Positions 18,538-27,721 of a DNA stretch of 64,000 nt are shown piece by piece; the first letter of the stretch is position 1; every line of letters begins with the position of its first letter. This DNA comes from Candidatus Nanohaloarchaea archaeon. GTDB lineage: Archaea > Nanohalarchaeota > Nanosalinia > Nanosalinales > Nanosalinaceae. Below the pieces are notes generated by a model, which worked only from the letters and a program-made list of their open reading frames with translations, had not been told where the DNA came from and searched no databases. A program made the position numbers and the translations under genes. Location: assembly GCA_041640055.1 (NCBI GenBank), contig JBEQAZ010000001.1, forward strand, positions 6,931-70,930, written 5' to 3'.

Positions 18538-19971
18538 ATGGAAAAGACTCTTCTGGTAGTCATAGACGGATTCGGAGTAAGAGAAGAAACACAGGGAAAC
18601 GCAGCAAAGCAAGCAGACACACCAAACCTAGACAGATTGAAGGAACAATACAACTACACTGAGCTAGAGGCATCCGGACCTGCCGTAGGACTACCCGAAG
18701 GATACACAGGCAACTCAGAGGTCGGCCATCTGCATCTAGGCGCTGGACGAACAATACCACAGCGACTCACACGGATCAATCAAGCCATAGAAAACAACAA
18801 ACTACAGGAAAAAGAAGCACTGAAAAACGCTTTTGAACGAGCCGAAGACAAAGATGTACCGATCCACCTAGCAGGAATCATAAGCGACGGCGGAATCCAC
18901 GGACACATCGACCACCTCAAAGCCCTGCTTCAAATATCTACTAATTATGAGGCAGAGGTCAAAATCCACTGCTTCACCGATGGCAGAGATGTAGCACCGA
19001 AAAGCGCAGAGAAGTTCCTGGATCAGATCGAAGACTGGACTGAAGAATACGGTGGCGAAATATCAACTATTATGGGTCGTTACTACAGTATGGACCGGGA
19101 CCACAACTGGGAGAGAACACACAAAGCTTACCAGGCGATGGCTCAAGCAGAAGGGTTCAGCTTTTCCGATCCCAGAGAAGCACTGGAAGAAACATACGAT
19201 GACGGCGACTACGACTACTTCATAATTCCTTCCGTCAGCGAAAACTATACTGGCATGGATGACGACCACGAGGTGGTTTTCTACAACTTTAGAGCCGATC
19301 GTGAAAGACAGATTGAAGAAGAACTAGTTGCACAAGTCGACCCTGATGATTTCAACGAGCCTATTCATCCGAATTTTACTTCGATGTTCCGTTACGAGCA
19401 TGAAATCGAAAACCCTGCGATCTTCGAGAAAAAGATAGTTGAAAACACATTGGGCGAGGAGCTTGAGGAAAAAGGTTATTCACAGCTGCGTGTAGCCGAG
19501 AGCCAGAAACGACCGCATGTTACTTTCTTCTTCAACGGTCAGAGAGAGCTCAAGTTCGAACATGAGGAACGCCATTTCGTGGAATCGGATAAAATTAAGG
19601 CTTATGATCAGAAACCGGAGATGCACGCAGATGATATTACCGATGTAGTTCTGGAAGCTATGGATGAAGGTGAGAAGGACTTCATACTACTGAACTTTGC
19701 TAACTGTGATTTAGTCGGTCATACAGGCGATATGGGGGCAGCGGTGACTGCTGCAGAAACAGTTGATCGAAATATAGGTCGATTAGTTGAAAAACTGAAG
19801 GAAACACATTATCGATTTATCATAACTGCTGATCACGGTAACTGCGAGGATATGGGGGCTAAAGACAGTCCTAACACCTCTCATACGACTAATCCTATTC
19901 CTCTGTTCACCGATATAGACATAGGAGATGATCTGGAAGGAATTACCGATATTAGATCGTTAATTACATAA
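18538..19971 (+). CDS. gpmI: 2,3-bisphosphoglycerate-independent phosphoglycerate mutase (iPGM)
   Basis: Homology begins at ATG 18538 with MEKTLLVVIDGFGVRE...ADTPNLDRL...GNSEVGHLHLGAGR, followed by SDGGIHGH and CDLVGHTGD...ADHGNCE. The 83 codons upstream in the track ORF are antisense to 18040..18477. Confidence 0.9.
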   Translation: MEKTLLVVIDGFGVREETQGNAAKQADTPNLDRLKEQYNYTELEASGPAVGLPEGYTGNSEVGHLHLGAGRTIPQRLTRINQAIENNKLQEKEALKNAFERAEDKDVPIHLAGIISDGGIHGHIDHLKALLQISTNYEAEVKIHCFTDGRDVAPKSAEKFLDQIEDWTEEYGGEISTIMGRYYSMDRDHNWERTHKAYQAMAQAEGFSFSDPREALEETYDDGDYDYFIIPSVSENYTGMDDDHEVVFYNFRADRERQIEEELVAQVDPDDFNEPIHPNFTSMFRYEHEIENPAIFEKKIVENTLGEELEEKGYSQLRVAESQKRPHVTFFFNGQRELKFEHEERHFVESDKIKAYDQKPEMHADDITDVVLEAMDEGEKDFILLNFANCDLVGHTGDMGAAVTAAETVDRNIGRLVEKLKETHYRFIITADHGNCEDMGAKDSPNTSHTTNPIPLFTDIDIGDDLEGITDIRSLIT

Positions 19972-21199
19972 TACGGGGGATATCTTCAGGCCAACATCTC
20001 TCTAGCAGAGGATTGTTTTGTACATAATCGTTCATTGGAGTCATTTCTTCTATCTGCCAGTCCACAGGTGATTGGTCCTCGTCAGCGTATTCTTCTTCTA
20101 TCTGAAGGAATAACTCAGAAATTCTCCAGTCTTCTCCCTCCTGACTGCACATAGGTATATTGACCTCTTCATCTAAGTTGACACTGGCATTTAGAGGACA
20201 GACATCTCTGCAGTCTTCTCCTACGGTCACATTATCCAGTAATAACTTCTCCATTTCACCTCGACTTTCTTCAGTTCCGTTGGGATACACCATAAGAAGG
20301 CTTACATTCTCCACATTTCTACGGTCATTAGATAAATCAACAGTAACATTTACTTGCTGTTGCTGTTCAATCATGAACTCTTGATTAACCTTCATTTCTC
20401 TCAGGAACATCTGACCGTCTTCAAAGGTTGGCAGGGCGTTTTCCGTCCAGCAATCGTTGAAACGAGTATCTCTCAAGTTCAAGGACTGATTCATTACTTC
20501 TATCCAGCCTTGTTTGGCCTCAAATGTTCCATCAGGCTCTCTTTCTTCGAATATCTGAATGAATACCCTCTGATAGAACTGGGATTGATCGCCTCTGTCG
20601 GTAACTTGACAGGGAGTTAGATTATCTGACATATTGCCTGGTTCCGAATAGGTGAAATTATTGCTTATTTGACATGTCTGCTGGTCGTGGCAAACATTTC
20701 CTACATTCCCTCCCCAATGCTGTGGGTGCTCACTGCTGTCACTTCCTGTTGGATAGAATACCTCGAATCCTACTGTATAGTATAAATCAGAGTCGTATTC
20801 AAATTCTCCATCATTCCATTCATCGGCACCATGCACATCACTTAGATATTCCTGTCCGTCCAGTTCTTCGAAGTCTATCTCATAATTATATGTTTCTCTG
20901 GAGTCATATACGGTGTACGAAGGCCAAGCGCCTATAACCACTCCATCCATCTTTGTAACACCGTTGTCCGCGTCTTCTATCTCGAAGGTCTGGATATTTC
21001 CATATATCTCACCGCATCCCATATCCTGATATTCCTCCTCTTGACCTGTTTCGCCTAGTCTTGTACACTCTGATTGATTCTGTACATCGGAGGAGTAACC
21101 TGATAGGAAGCTGGTTTGACCGAATACGAACGAGGCTGCGAAAGCAGCAGAAATAAATGTTACCATTAATACTACAATCGAAGATCCTACTTTATCCAC
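19964..21199 (-). CDS. Secreted Cys-rich acidic protein with an N-terminal pilin-like hydrophobic helix
   Basis: 411 aa. MDKVGSSIVVLMVTFISAAFAASFVFGQ is followed by an acidic domain with more than 12 Cys. It is the last gene of the filament supercluster. Confidence 0.6.
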   Translation of the reverse strand: MDKVGSSIVVLMVTFISAAFAASFVFGQTSFLSGYSSDVQNQSECTRLGETGQEEEYQDMGCGEIYGNIQTFEIEDADNGVTKMDGVVIGAWPSYTVYDSRETYNYEIDFEELDGQEYLSDVHGADEWNDGEFEYDSDLYYTVGFEVFYPTGSDSSEHPQHWGGNVGNVCHDQQTCQISNNFTYSEPGNMSDNLTPCQVTDRGDQSQFYQRVFIQIFEEREPDGTFEAKQGWIEVMNQSLNLRDTRFNDCWTENALPTFEDGQMFLREMKVNQEFMIEQQQQVNVTVDLSNDRRNVENVSLLMVYPNGTEESRGEMEKLLLDNVTVGEDCRDVCPLNASVNLDEEVNIPMCSQEGEDWRISELFLQIEEEYADEDQSPVDWQIEEMTPMNDYVQNNPLLERCWPEDIPRIM

Positions 21200-21204
21200 C
21201 TATC

Positions 21205-21465
21205 TCACCCACAGGATATGTCAACATTATCACAGTCTTGCAAATTGTTCCAGAGTTCTGTATCTCTTCCCTCAGTTATCTCCTCTCCATTCTCACAGAA
21301 CTTTCTTTCATAATTTGATTCCCAAAGACCACATCTAGCGTTGGAGGTAGTGTTATCAGAGAAACCTGTAAAACTATCTGTTTGACTGCTCATAAACGCG
21401 ATGACTATAACAGCTGCTATCATCAAGACCATGAGAACTACTACAATTTCCATGGTCTTATCCAT
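21205..21465 (-). CDS. Small pilin-like protein (tandem duplicate 1)
   Basis: MDKTMEIVVVLMVLMIAAVIVIAFMSSQ... has a short charged N-terminus plus a roughly 22-aa hydrophobic helix. The N-terminus is nearly identical to that of 21472..21723. Confidence 0.55.
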   Translation of the reverse strand: MDKTMEIVVVLMVLMIAAVIVIAFMSSQTDSFTGFSDNTTSNARCGLWESNYERKFCENGEEITEGRDTELWNNLQDCDNVDISCG

Positions 21466-21471
21466 TAAAAA

Positions 21472-21723
21472 TCACGCTGCTAAAGTGTCCTCTGATCGCG
21501 AGTTTGATCCAGGAATCTTATAGTTTTCCTCTCTTCCAAAGTTTGCGTTGTCGTTATCCGGTATTTCGTTCAGTTCCTCTGAAAGATTACCTTCGACATT
21601 CTCTCTTTGGCTATCAATAGAATCGCCAAAGCCTCCAATCTGGGAATTAGCCATCGCGATAATGATGACTGAGGCCACCATCAACACCATTGCTACGAGT
21701 ACTAGTTCCATCGTTTTATCCAT
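21472..21723 (-). CDS. Small pilin-like protein (tandem duplicate 2)
   Basis: The N-terminus is MDKTMELVLVAMVLMVASVIIIAMANSQ... The architecture matches 21205..21465. Confidence 0.55.
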   Translation of the reverse strand: MDKTMELVLVAMVLMVASVIIIAMANSQIGGFGDSIDSQRENVEGNLSEELNEIPDNDNANFGREENYKIPGSNSRSEDTLAA

Positions 21724-21735
21724 TATCTATCACTC

Positions 21736-22059
21736 CTATTCGCTGTCATCGCCTGTGTAGGTTGCTCCCTCGCAAACTACTGTACCAGTCTGCTCACGAT
21801 CTACACCGCTATAACCTCCTATGGTATCGCCTGAGACATCCGAACACTGGGAAGGTATCGGGAAGGTTCCTCCACTAATGCTACATCTTGATTCCACGGT
21901 CGCACGGCAGCCCTGTTCATTAGTACTGCTGAATAGGTCGTTTAGGCTTCCTTGTGCCATGAATACTACAATTAGTGCTGTCATCATCAGTACGGATGCT
22001 GCGACGATGAGGGTTAGTATTTGTGACATTCCTTTTTGAGAGGAAAGTTTATCCATCAT
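21736..22059 (-). CDS. Pilin-like protein with a class III signal peptide
   Basis: MMDKLSSQKG|MSQILTLIVAASVLMMTALIVVF carries a [KR]G cleavage motif followed by a hydrophobic helix, the hallmark of archaeal type IV pilins. Confidence 0.6.
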   Translation of the reverse strand: MMDKLSSQKGMSQILTLIVAASVLMMTALIVVFMAQGSLNDLFSSTNEQGCRATVESRCSISGGTFPIPSQCSDVSGDTIGGYSGVDREQTGTVVCEGATYTGDDSE

Positions 22060-22151
22060 ATAGGTTGGTTTGGGAGGGTTGAATAAAAATGCTTCCCAGT
22101 TAGTCGGTTTTTCTAGAAAAATAAGGGAGAAAAATATGTGGTTGACAGGCT

Positions 22152-22445
22152 TTATGCCTGGGATAGGTTCAGTTGGATACTTGAGACATTGAGTTCTTCT
22201 CCTTCATCGGTCTCAATCTGGTCGGTTCCTGTCTCGATGTCATCTACTTGTACATCTTCGAGGAAACGGTTCTTTACAATTTCTACTACATCTACTGCTC
22301 GGCTGATTGCTTTTCCACGAGCCTTTACATGAACCGTTTCATGTCCTTCTGTGAACTGGGTTACTACTGCCAGTACATAGCTGTAAGCTGGCTTAGAACC
22401 GACATATACTGTGTTGTCGTCTTCTTCTACTTGGTCGTCTGCCAC
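22152..22445 (-). CDS. albA: Alba DNA/RNA-binding protein
   Basis: [21 protein letters not shown]...[25 protein letters not shown] matches the Alba family core. The 97-aa size fits. Confidence 0.9.
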   Translation of the reverse strand: MADDQVEEDDNTVYVGSKPAYSYVLAVVTQFTEGHETVHVKARGKAISRAVDVVEIVKNRFLEDVQVDDIETGTDQIETDEGEELNVSSIQLNLSQA

Positions 22446-22502
22446 TACTAAATCACCTATACAGCTATAGAATCTAAAAGGATAAAAAACCTGCTAGTGA
22501 GG

Positions 22503-23738
22503 CTAGTCACCGATCGGATGAGTGTACTTGTAATCAAACGGAATATTGGTTGACATTCCTTTGTGGGTTGGAACAGAGTTATCTACATCCGTGATATTTA
22601 TCTCTGCATAGTAAGTCGCTAGGCTTACATTGTATTCATACTTTTTCTTGACTAATGTGTCTGGCGCCTGTTCATGTTCATGAGTATGTGATACACAGGT
22701 AGTTGCATCTGAGTAGAAAGGTTCATATGAACAGTCTGGCCCTGCTCCTCTGTAAGAACCTGAATGGGTGTGACCTCCCTCGCAGTTATCCTGCTCACAG
22801 GTGCTGTTGAGATGTTGATGTGTCAGATCACATTCGACATCATAAGTATTCGCTGGACTTCCAGGAACATAGTTTGACGCCCATTCGGTGCTAAGCACTT
22901 CTAGGTACCCTGGTTTATCTGAATTACTGGCTGCATCACTTACTTTTCCTTGAATCTTATCTCGAGCATCGTTTTTAGCAGTGTTGTATGCCTCATCCTT
23001 GGCTTCTTCTCTGTTTTCACTGTCAGGATCGCATTGTCCTGTAGTCTCATTTGCCGTATCATAAATGGGCGGGTTGAAGGAGTCTCTTAGCTCCTCAGTC
23101 ATCTCTACAGCGAACTTGTAGGTAGGAATATAATTGTGATCGATATTTTCCTGTCTATCATATGCAGGACGATCTGAGAAGAAGAAATTCTCCATTTTAT
23201 CTATTGCTTTACTCTCAAACCCGCCCTTACCACATTTAATTATATTGCTATCCATATTGTAACCAAATATATGTCCATCAGTGTAGCCATACATCTCATC
23301 TACACTAAAGTACCCAATATTAGGAACTGAGCATCCTGCATAATAATTCTGCGATCTTATACCATACTCGTTATGAGCCACTATAGACTCGTTAAAGTCG
23401 GATAGTAACTGTTCTTCCGCAGGTATATTTGATTTATTCCATTCTCTGTCTGAACCGTTCGTCCCGAGTTCGTAGGCAGCGTTATTGATAGCGTATTCTA
23501 CATTATTTGATAAGAAAATTGGATAATGACTGGTCTTCGCGTATGTCTCAGCCATCTGCCTGTGATCTCCCGTATAAATACTCCAAACATGTCCTAACTG
23601 TTGTTTAGCGAATAATGTGGTAAAAAGACCTCCTCCAGATATAAATAGCAGCGTTACCACTACGAGAATGCTCAGAAACTGACCTTTGCTTATTCTGGAT
23701 ATTTTATCCTCGTAGGAATTCTTTATTGATTCAATCAT
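22503..23738 (-). CDS. Secreted protein with a class III-type signal and a Cys/His-rich C-terminal region
   Basis: The N-terminus is ...ISRISKG|QFLSILVVVTLLFISGG. The C-terminal part reads CDLTHQHLNSTCEQDNCEGGHTHSGSY...CVSHTHEHEQ. It overlaps the upstream gene by 4 nt. Confidence 0.6.
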   Translation of the reverse strand: MIESIKNSYEDKISRISKGQFLSILVVVTLLFISGGGLFTTLFAKQQLGHVWSIYTGDHRQMAETYAKTSHYPIFLSNNVEYAINNAAYELGTNGSDREWNKSNIPAEEQLLSDFNESIVAHNEYGIRSQNYYAGCSVPNIGYFSVDEMYGYTDGHIFGYNMDSNIIKCGKGGFESKAIDKMENFFFSDRPAYDRQENIDHNYIPTYKFAVEMTEELRDSFNPPIYDTANETTGQCDPDSENREEAKDEAYNTAKNDARDKIQGKVSDAASNSDKPGYLEVLSTEWASNYVPGSPANTYDVECDLTHQHLNSTCEQDNCEGGHTHSGSYRGAGPDCSYEPFYSDATTCVSHTHEHEQAPDTLVKKKYEYNVSLATYYAEINITDVDNSVPTHKGMSTNIPFDYKYTHPIGD

Positions 23739-24337
23739 GGTGCTGCACCGTGTGTTGGAGGAGTTGACCCCGAAGCTTGACCGCCCGAGTAGGTCTGTGC
23801 TACATTTCCTCCTATATTAAATCTGAGAGCTATGTGATCTGATTTAGGAGAGGCTATATACCATCTACCTGCTTTTCCTAGCCATACTTCTTCGTTTCTG
23901 CTGTAGAAATTTTCGCTATCTGGATAGTATACATGTAAATCATATTTTTCCACAGAAGGAGTGTCATCGTATTGGCTTGCGTCCAGATTTACCACCGTTT
24001 CTACGCTTTGATTCAATGTCTCGTATTCATTGAAGAATTCTTCGTAATCGTCTTCTGAGGCATCATCAAAGTTATTCCAGGAGGGTTTATCTGTAAATGA
24101 CATTTCTCTCAAGCTTTCTCTTACATCTGAGAATCTTGCTATGTGATAAAGCCCTACGACTGACTGCAGGCCTTTCTGGTTTTTATTAATTGTTCCCTTA
24201 AGCGTTGCATCAAGTTCATTATCGGAAAGTTGCCACCCTGCCAGCAGCATCATTAGAATCATTGGCACCATGCCTATTGCCAAGGTTACTATTCCTATCT
24301 GTCCTGTCCTAAAAAAGTCATATTTACTTTTAGCCAC
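23735..24337 (-). CDS. Pilin-like protein (class III signal)
   Basis: The N-terminus is MAKSKYDFFRTG|QIGIVTLAIGMVPMILMMLLAGW. It overlaps the upstream gene by 8 nt. Confidence 0.6.
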   Translation of the reverse strand: MAKSKYDFFRTGQIGIVTLAIGMVPMILMMLLAGWQLSDNELDATLKGTINKNQKGLQSVVGLYHIARFSDVRESLREMSFTDKPSWNNFDDASEDDYEEFFNEYETLNQSVETVVNLDASQYDDTPSVEKYDLHVYYPDSENFYSRNEEVWLGKAGRWYIASPKSDHIALRFNIGGNVAQTYSGGQASGSTPPTHGAAP

Positions 24338-24776
24338 TTTTTTCTACACCTCCCCATACAACATTATCAGCGCCGACATATAAGGGAACAGACCTTACCC
24401 ATCCTCCAGAAATACAGTTGTCTAGCTTGTTTTTAGCATCTTGATTACCTAGTGTTTCTACATTCATGAAATCTAGTCTCAGTTCCCCACCCTGATTAAC
24501 AAATCTGTCATTACCTTCCAAAGAACATTCGTTAGCATCTAGATGCACTGCGTTGGCCAAGTGATCTGATTCATAATACACACCTAGTGCTACCGATGTA
24601 TGTTCATTTCTTAGTAAGTGGAGAGCTCCTGCACTTTCCCATGTAGCTTCCTTATAATCTACACTTACACCGCCTGCTGCTTCTCTCACCATAGCAGTCT
24701 GCATCTGAATAACTGCATTAATGATGAATAGTAGGAATACTGTTCCAGCGATGAGGGCGAAGGCATTTCTATCCAT
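24330..24776 (-). CDS. Pilin-like protein
   Basis: MDRNAFALIAGTVFLLFIINAVIQMQ has a short charged N-terminus plus a hydrophobic helix. It lies 3 nt downstream of the previous gene. Confidence 0.55.
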   Translation of the reverse strand: MDRNAFALIAGTVFLLFIINAVIQMQTAMVREAAGGVSVDYKEATWESAGALHLLRNEHTSVALGVYYESDHLANAVHLDANECSLEGNDRFVNQGGELRLDFMNVETLGNQDAKNKLDNCISGGWVRSVPLYVGADNVVWGGVEKSG

Positions 24777-24779
24777 CTG

Positions 24780-25199
24780 TTAGCATCTACCCCTATATAT
24801 CAGAACATCTTCGGATCCTGCAGTTTTGTTGAAGCAGTAGAATCTTCTATATTCAGCTCCTTCTGCATTACTTATTCTGTATTTGATAGTGTCATCTAGA
24901 GGGTGTATAAACTCCTCTCCGTTGAACTTGAAGGATACATAGTCTCCTCTGTTTTCTTCGAATATTTTGTATCTTCTTCCGAAATCCATCTGGTATTTCA
25001 TATCATCAAAGGCTCTCAAACCGTATGCCGATCTTTCTATACGAGTTGCTGTCAGTTCAACGCTTTCACTTCTTATTACTCCGTTAACATCTACTAGCAT
25101 CGAGTTTGCCAATGTTGCAATAATACCTACGAGCATGAATGTGACTATAGCCAGTGCCACAGTTTCAAAATTTCCCTTTCTTCTATTTTTTAGGTGCAT
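24780..25199 (-). CDS. Pilin-like protein (class III signal)
   Basis: The N-terminus is MHLKNRRKG|NFETVALAIVTFMLVGIIATLANS. Confidence 0.6.
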   Translation of the reverse strand: MHLKNRRKGNFETVALAIVTFMLVGIIATLANSMLVDVNGVIRSESVELTATRIERSAYGLRAFDDMKYQMDFGRRYKIFEENRGDYVSFKFNGEEFIHPLDDTIKYRISNAEGAEYRRFYCFNKTAGSEDVLIYRGRC

Positions 25200-25205
25200 G
25201 TGAAA

Positions 25206-25598
25206 TCACTGGTCTACACTGTACTGTGTATCTCCATCATCTGCTTCTCTCTTATTCACAGTATAATCTCCTGCCGTGACAGTAGTTTGAGTGTTTACAT
25301 TACAGGCTACCTGCCGGCTTTCGATAGTCTCACCATCGGGATTCTTTAGTTTAAAATCTTGATAATCAAGTACAATTTCATAGCCTGACTGTAAGTCTAT
25401 AGACCCTGATTCTTCATCATCTCCAGAACAGACATTGTTGATGTCTTCAACCAAGCTGTTCGAGGCTGTTCTTGCAACTCCTTTCTGTTGGGCGCCTACA
25501 GTACCCATTATTATCTGAGGCATTATCAGTAGAGCTATACCAACGCCTATTGTTCCTGCTACAAAGTTGCTTGTAGTTATTGGGCTTGTATTTGTCAT
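25206..25598 (-). CDS. Pilin-like or secreted small protein
   Basis: MTNTSPITTSNFVAGTIGVGIALLIMPQIIMG is followed by a 95-aa acidic beta-rich domain with 2 Cys. Confidence 0.5.
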   Translation of the reverse strand: MTNTSPITTSNFVAGTIGVGIALLIMPQIIMGTVGAQQKGVARTASNSLVEDINNVCSGDDEESGSIDLQSGYEIVLDYQDFKLKNPDGETIESRQVACNVNTQTTVTAGDYTVNKREADDGDTQYSVDQ

Positions 25599-25807
25599 AT
25601 TTGTGTATCTGCTGTTGTTTCTCCGGCTACTTGGATATATGGTTTTGAGATATTATCCTCGTAGGATGTGAAGCCTAGGTTCTCTCCTAGAGAGTCGTCA
25701 TTTGCTCTGTCGGTGATATTGCCTACACCCTGTTCTCCTATGCCTATCCCTCCAGAGATTAGAGAGTACAGAATTGTGATTATCAAGACGGCGAGTACTA
25801 CTGCCAT
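25595..25807 (-). CDS. Small hydrophobic-N-terminus protein
   Basis: 70 aa, starting MAVVLAVLIITILYSLISGG... The in-frame upstream codons read ..LNHETAVA. It overlaps the next gene by 4 nt. Confidence 0.45.
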   Translation of the reverse strand: MAVVLAVLIITILYSLISGGIGIGEQGVGNITDRANDDSLGENLGFTSYEDNISKPYIQVAGETTADTQI

Positions 25808-25842
25808 GGCTACTGCGGTTTCGTGGTTCAGTTCCGATCACC

Positions 25843-25974
25843 TCATTCCAGTGTCATGAATTCTCCCATAAATGATTCCAGCCCTCCAGCGTTCTGCTGG
25901 ACTACCATCACTATTGCTAGAAGTATTAGTGCTCCTAATAGTAGGGATACTACAAATCTCAGGGAGAACTCCAT
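25843..25974 (-). CDS. 43-aa single-helix micro-protein, not in the ORF track
   Basis: I translated it by hand: MEFSLRFVVSLLLGALILLAIVMVVQQNAGGLESFMGEFMTLE*. It fills the gap between 26006 and 25807 on the operon strand. Confidence 0.35.
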   Translation of the reverse strand: MEFSLRFVVSLLLGALILLAIVMVVQQNAGGLESFMGEFMTLE

Positions 25975-26005
25975 GGTAACTGTTTGGGTTCAGCTGGTTT
26001 TTATT

Positions 26006-26212
26006 CTATTGGGGCTGAACTCTAGTGCTTTCCTCGCTGAACTGGGTTAATGCGCCGTCCAACCATCCTGAAACCGAAGCGAAGTAGACTGACACAAAAA
26101 TTATTGCCAGAGTTATCGCTGCCACGATAAATACAGGTTTATCCAATCCCTTCCTGTTCCGAGTTTTCGCCAGGCTGCACATGTTTTTCGTCAAGTAGTA
26201 GAGCTCGTTCAT
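26006..26212 (-). CDS. Small pilin-like protein (class III signal)
   Basis: The N-terminus is ...AKTRNRKG|LDKPVFIVAAITLAIIFVSVYFA. Confidence 0.5.
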   Translation of the reverse strand: MNELYYLTKNMCSLAKTRNRKGLDKPVFIVAAITLAIIFVSVYFASVSGWLDGALTQFSEESTRVQPQ

Positions 26213-26221
26213 AGTAAATTT

Positions 26222-27682
26222 TCAACCTCCATAATCGATACCCTCCCAATATCTAATTCTTACATCATCCGTTATCTTGACATAACTCTCTCCATCAGAT
26301 CCCTCTGTCACGCACGAATCTGGGTCTCCCCCTGTAACACGGATGTAAGTAGTCATTTTAGAGGAGCTCACACTTGGATCATCTCCGACTACATGCTCTC
26401 CTCCACCTCTACCATTATCCTCTCTGTTGGTCTGAATATAACCTGTTGTTCCAGGACATAATACATATTTAGCTCTCTCTTGGAACCGAAGTCCTCTCTC
26501 CTCCCGGTCATCCTCATTACCTACATTTCCATATTCTATGTAGCCTTCATCAGATTCAGACAATACTGCTGGCGCATCAACAACCACCTGACCCATCTTC
26601 AAACCTACTCCCGGCCAGTTAGCATCTCCTTCAATTACCTCTAAATCATAAGGAGTATATCTGGCGAAATCCGCGCCGGCAAGGGTTGGAATAACTTTCA
26701 CATTGAAATCCGCCCAGGAATTAGATGTCATTACCGTAGCCCCTGCGGCTGCTCCCATTAAGGCTCCGGTTGCTGGGCCTCCAGCAAAGGTCCCAAATGC
26801 TCCAGCACCAACCGCAGCACCTCCTGCAGCCACAGCTCCTATGCCTAGTCCAGTCCAGCATGTCCCCTCATCTGATTCTTCATTAACAAAGTTAGATGTC
26901 CAGACATAGTCGCGTCTTAAGGGATCTGCTTTACTTGTTGCAAGTATAATAGGATCTTCTACATTACTATCTATTTTGAAAGGTACTCTGCCGTATCTTC
27001 CTTCCATGTCATTCCCTGATCTTTTGACCCATCCAGGAACCTTACTGCAGGTAATAGCTCCCCAAAAATCACCTGGAGCAGAAACTATTGCATCATAGGT
27101 TCCTCCAGCAACATAACCTACAGGATTAGTAAGTATTTTATCTGAAGGCAGAGAAGATTCTACTCTCTGAACACCAACGCATCTAGGTGTATATCCTGTA
27201 AACTGAATTGCATAGTTAGGCGCTCTTTCCAGCATCAAATCCTGCGTATTTCGACCAGGTATCGCATAAAAAGGATTTTTCTTAAAATCGCCGTCAATTT
27301 CGTTTTTAAGGCTATCCGGTATTGTAAATCCAAACCGATCTCCTCCATCTTCTTCTCTGACGACATTGGTTAATATCATCCTTCCGGATATCAAGTCTGA
27401 AGCTCTATCGCAGCTTATAGCTGATAACTGACTTACTGCTATCACATCTCTGAACATTTCTGTCCCCGGATGATCTGCGTGATAGTACTCGCTATCGGTA
27501 GCATTTTCGATGGCGGTTTGGTCGATGTATAGCCGGTTATTTTCTCTTTCCAGAATCGCGTCCATCATTCCGTATTGTTCATCTACAGAGGCTGTTTTCA
27601 TGGTCTGTAGCGATCCTAGAACAGCGCTACCTATCATAAGCGGGATAATTACTAGACCTATTATTTTGGTCAGAGACCACAT
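26222..27682 (-). CDS. Large secreted or anchored filament-associated protein (paralog 1)
   Basis: 486 aa with N-terminus MWSLTKIIGLVIIPLMIGSAVLGSLQ. It shares the blocks GNDMEGRYGR and C..TTGYIQTN with 27722..29143. It carries a unique internal Gly/Ala-rich hydrophobic stretch. Confidence 0.65.
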   Translation of the reverse strand: MWSLTKIIGLVIIPLMIGSAVLGSLQTMKTASVDEQYGMMDAILERENNRLYIDQTAIENATDSEYYHADHPGTEMFRDVIAVSQLSAISCDRASDLISGRMILTNVVREEDGGDRFGFTIPDSLKNEIDGDFKKNPFYAIPGRNTQDLMLERAPNYAIQFTGYTPRCVGVQRVESSLPSDKILTNPVGYVAGGTYDAIVSAPGDFWGAITCSKVPGWVKRSGNDMEGRYGRVPFKIDSNVEDPIILATSKADPLRRDYVWTSNFVNEESDEGTCWTGLGIGAVAAGGAAVGAGAFGTFAGGPATGALMGAAAGATVMTSNSWADFNVKVIPTLAGADFARYTPYDLEVIEGDANWPGVGLKMGQVVVDAPAVLSESDEGYIEYGNVGNEDDREERGLRFQERAKYVLCPGTTGYIQTNREDNGRGGGEHVVGDDPSVSSSKMTTYIRVTGGDPDSCVTEGSDGESYVKITDDVRIRYWEGIDYGG

Positions 27683-27721
27683 GAATTACTCTTAGAGTTT
27701 CTTTATTGTAAAAGGTATCGT

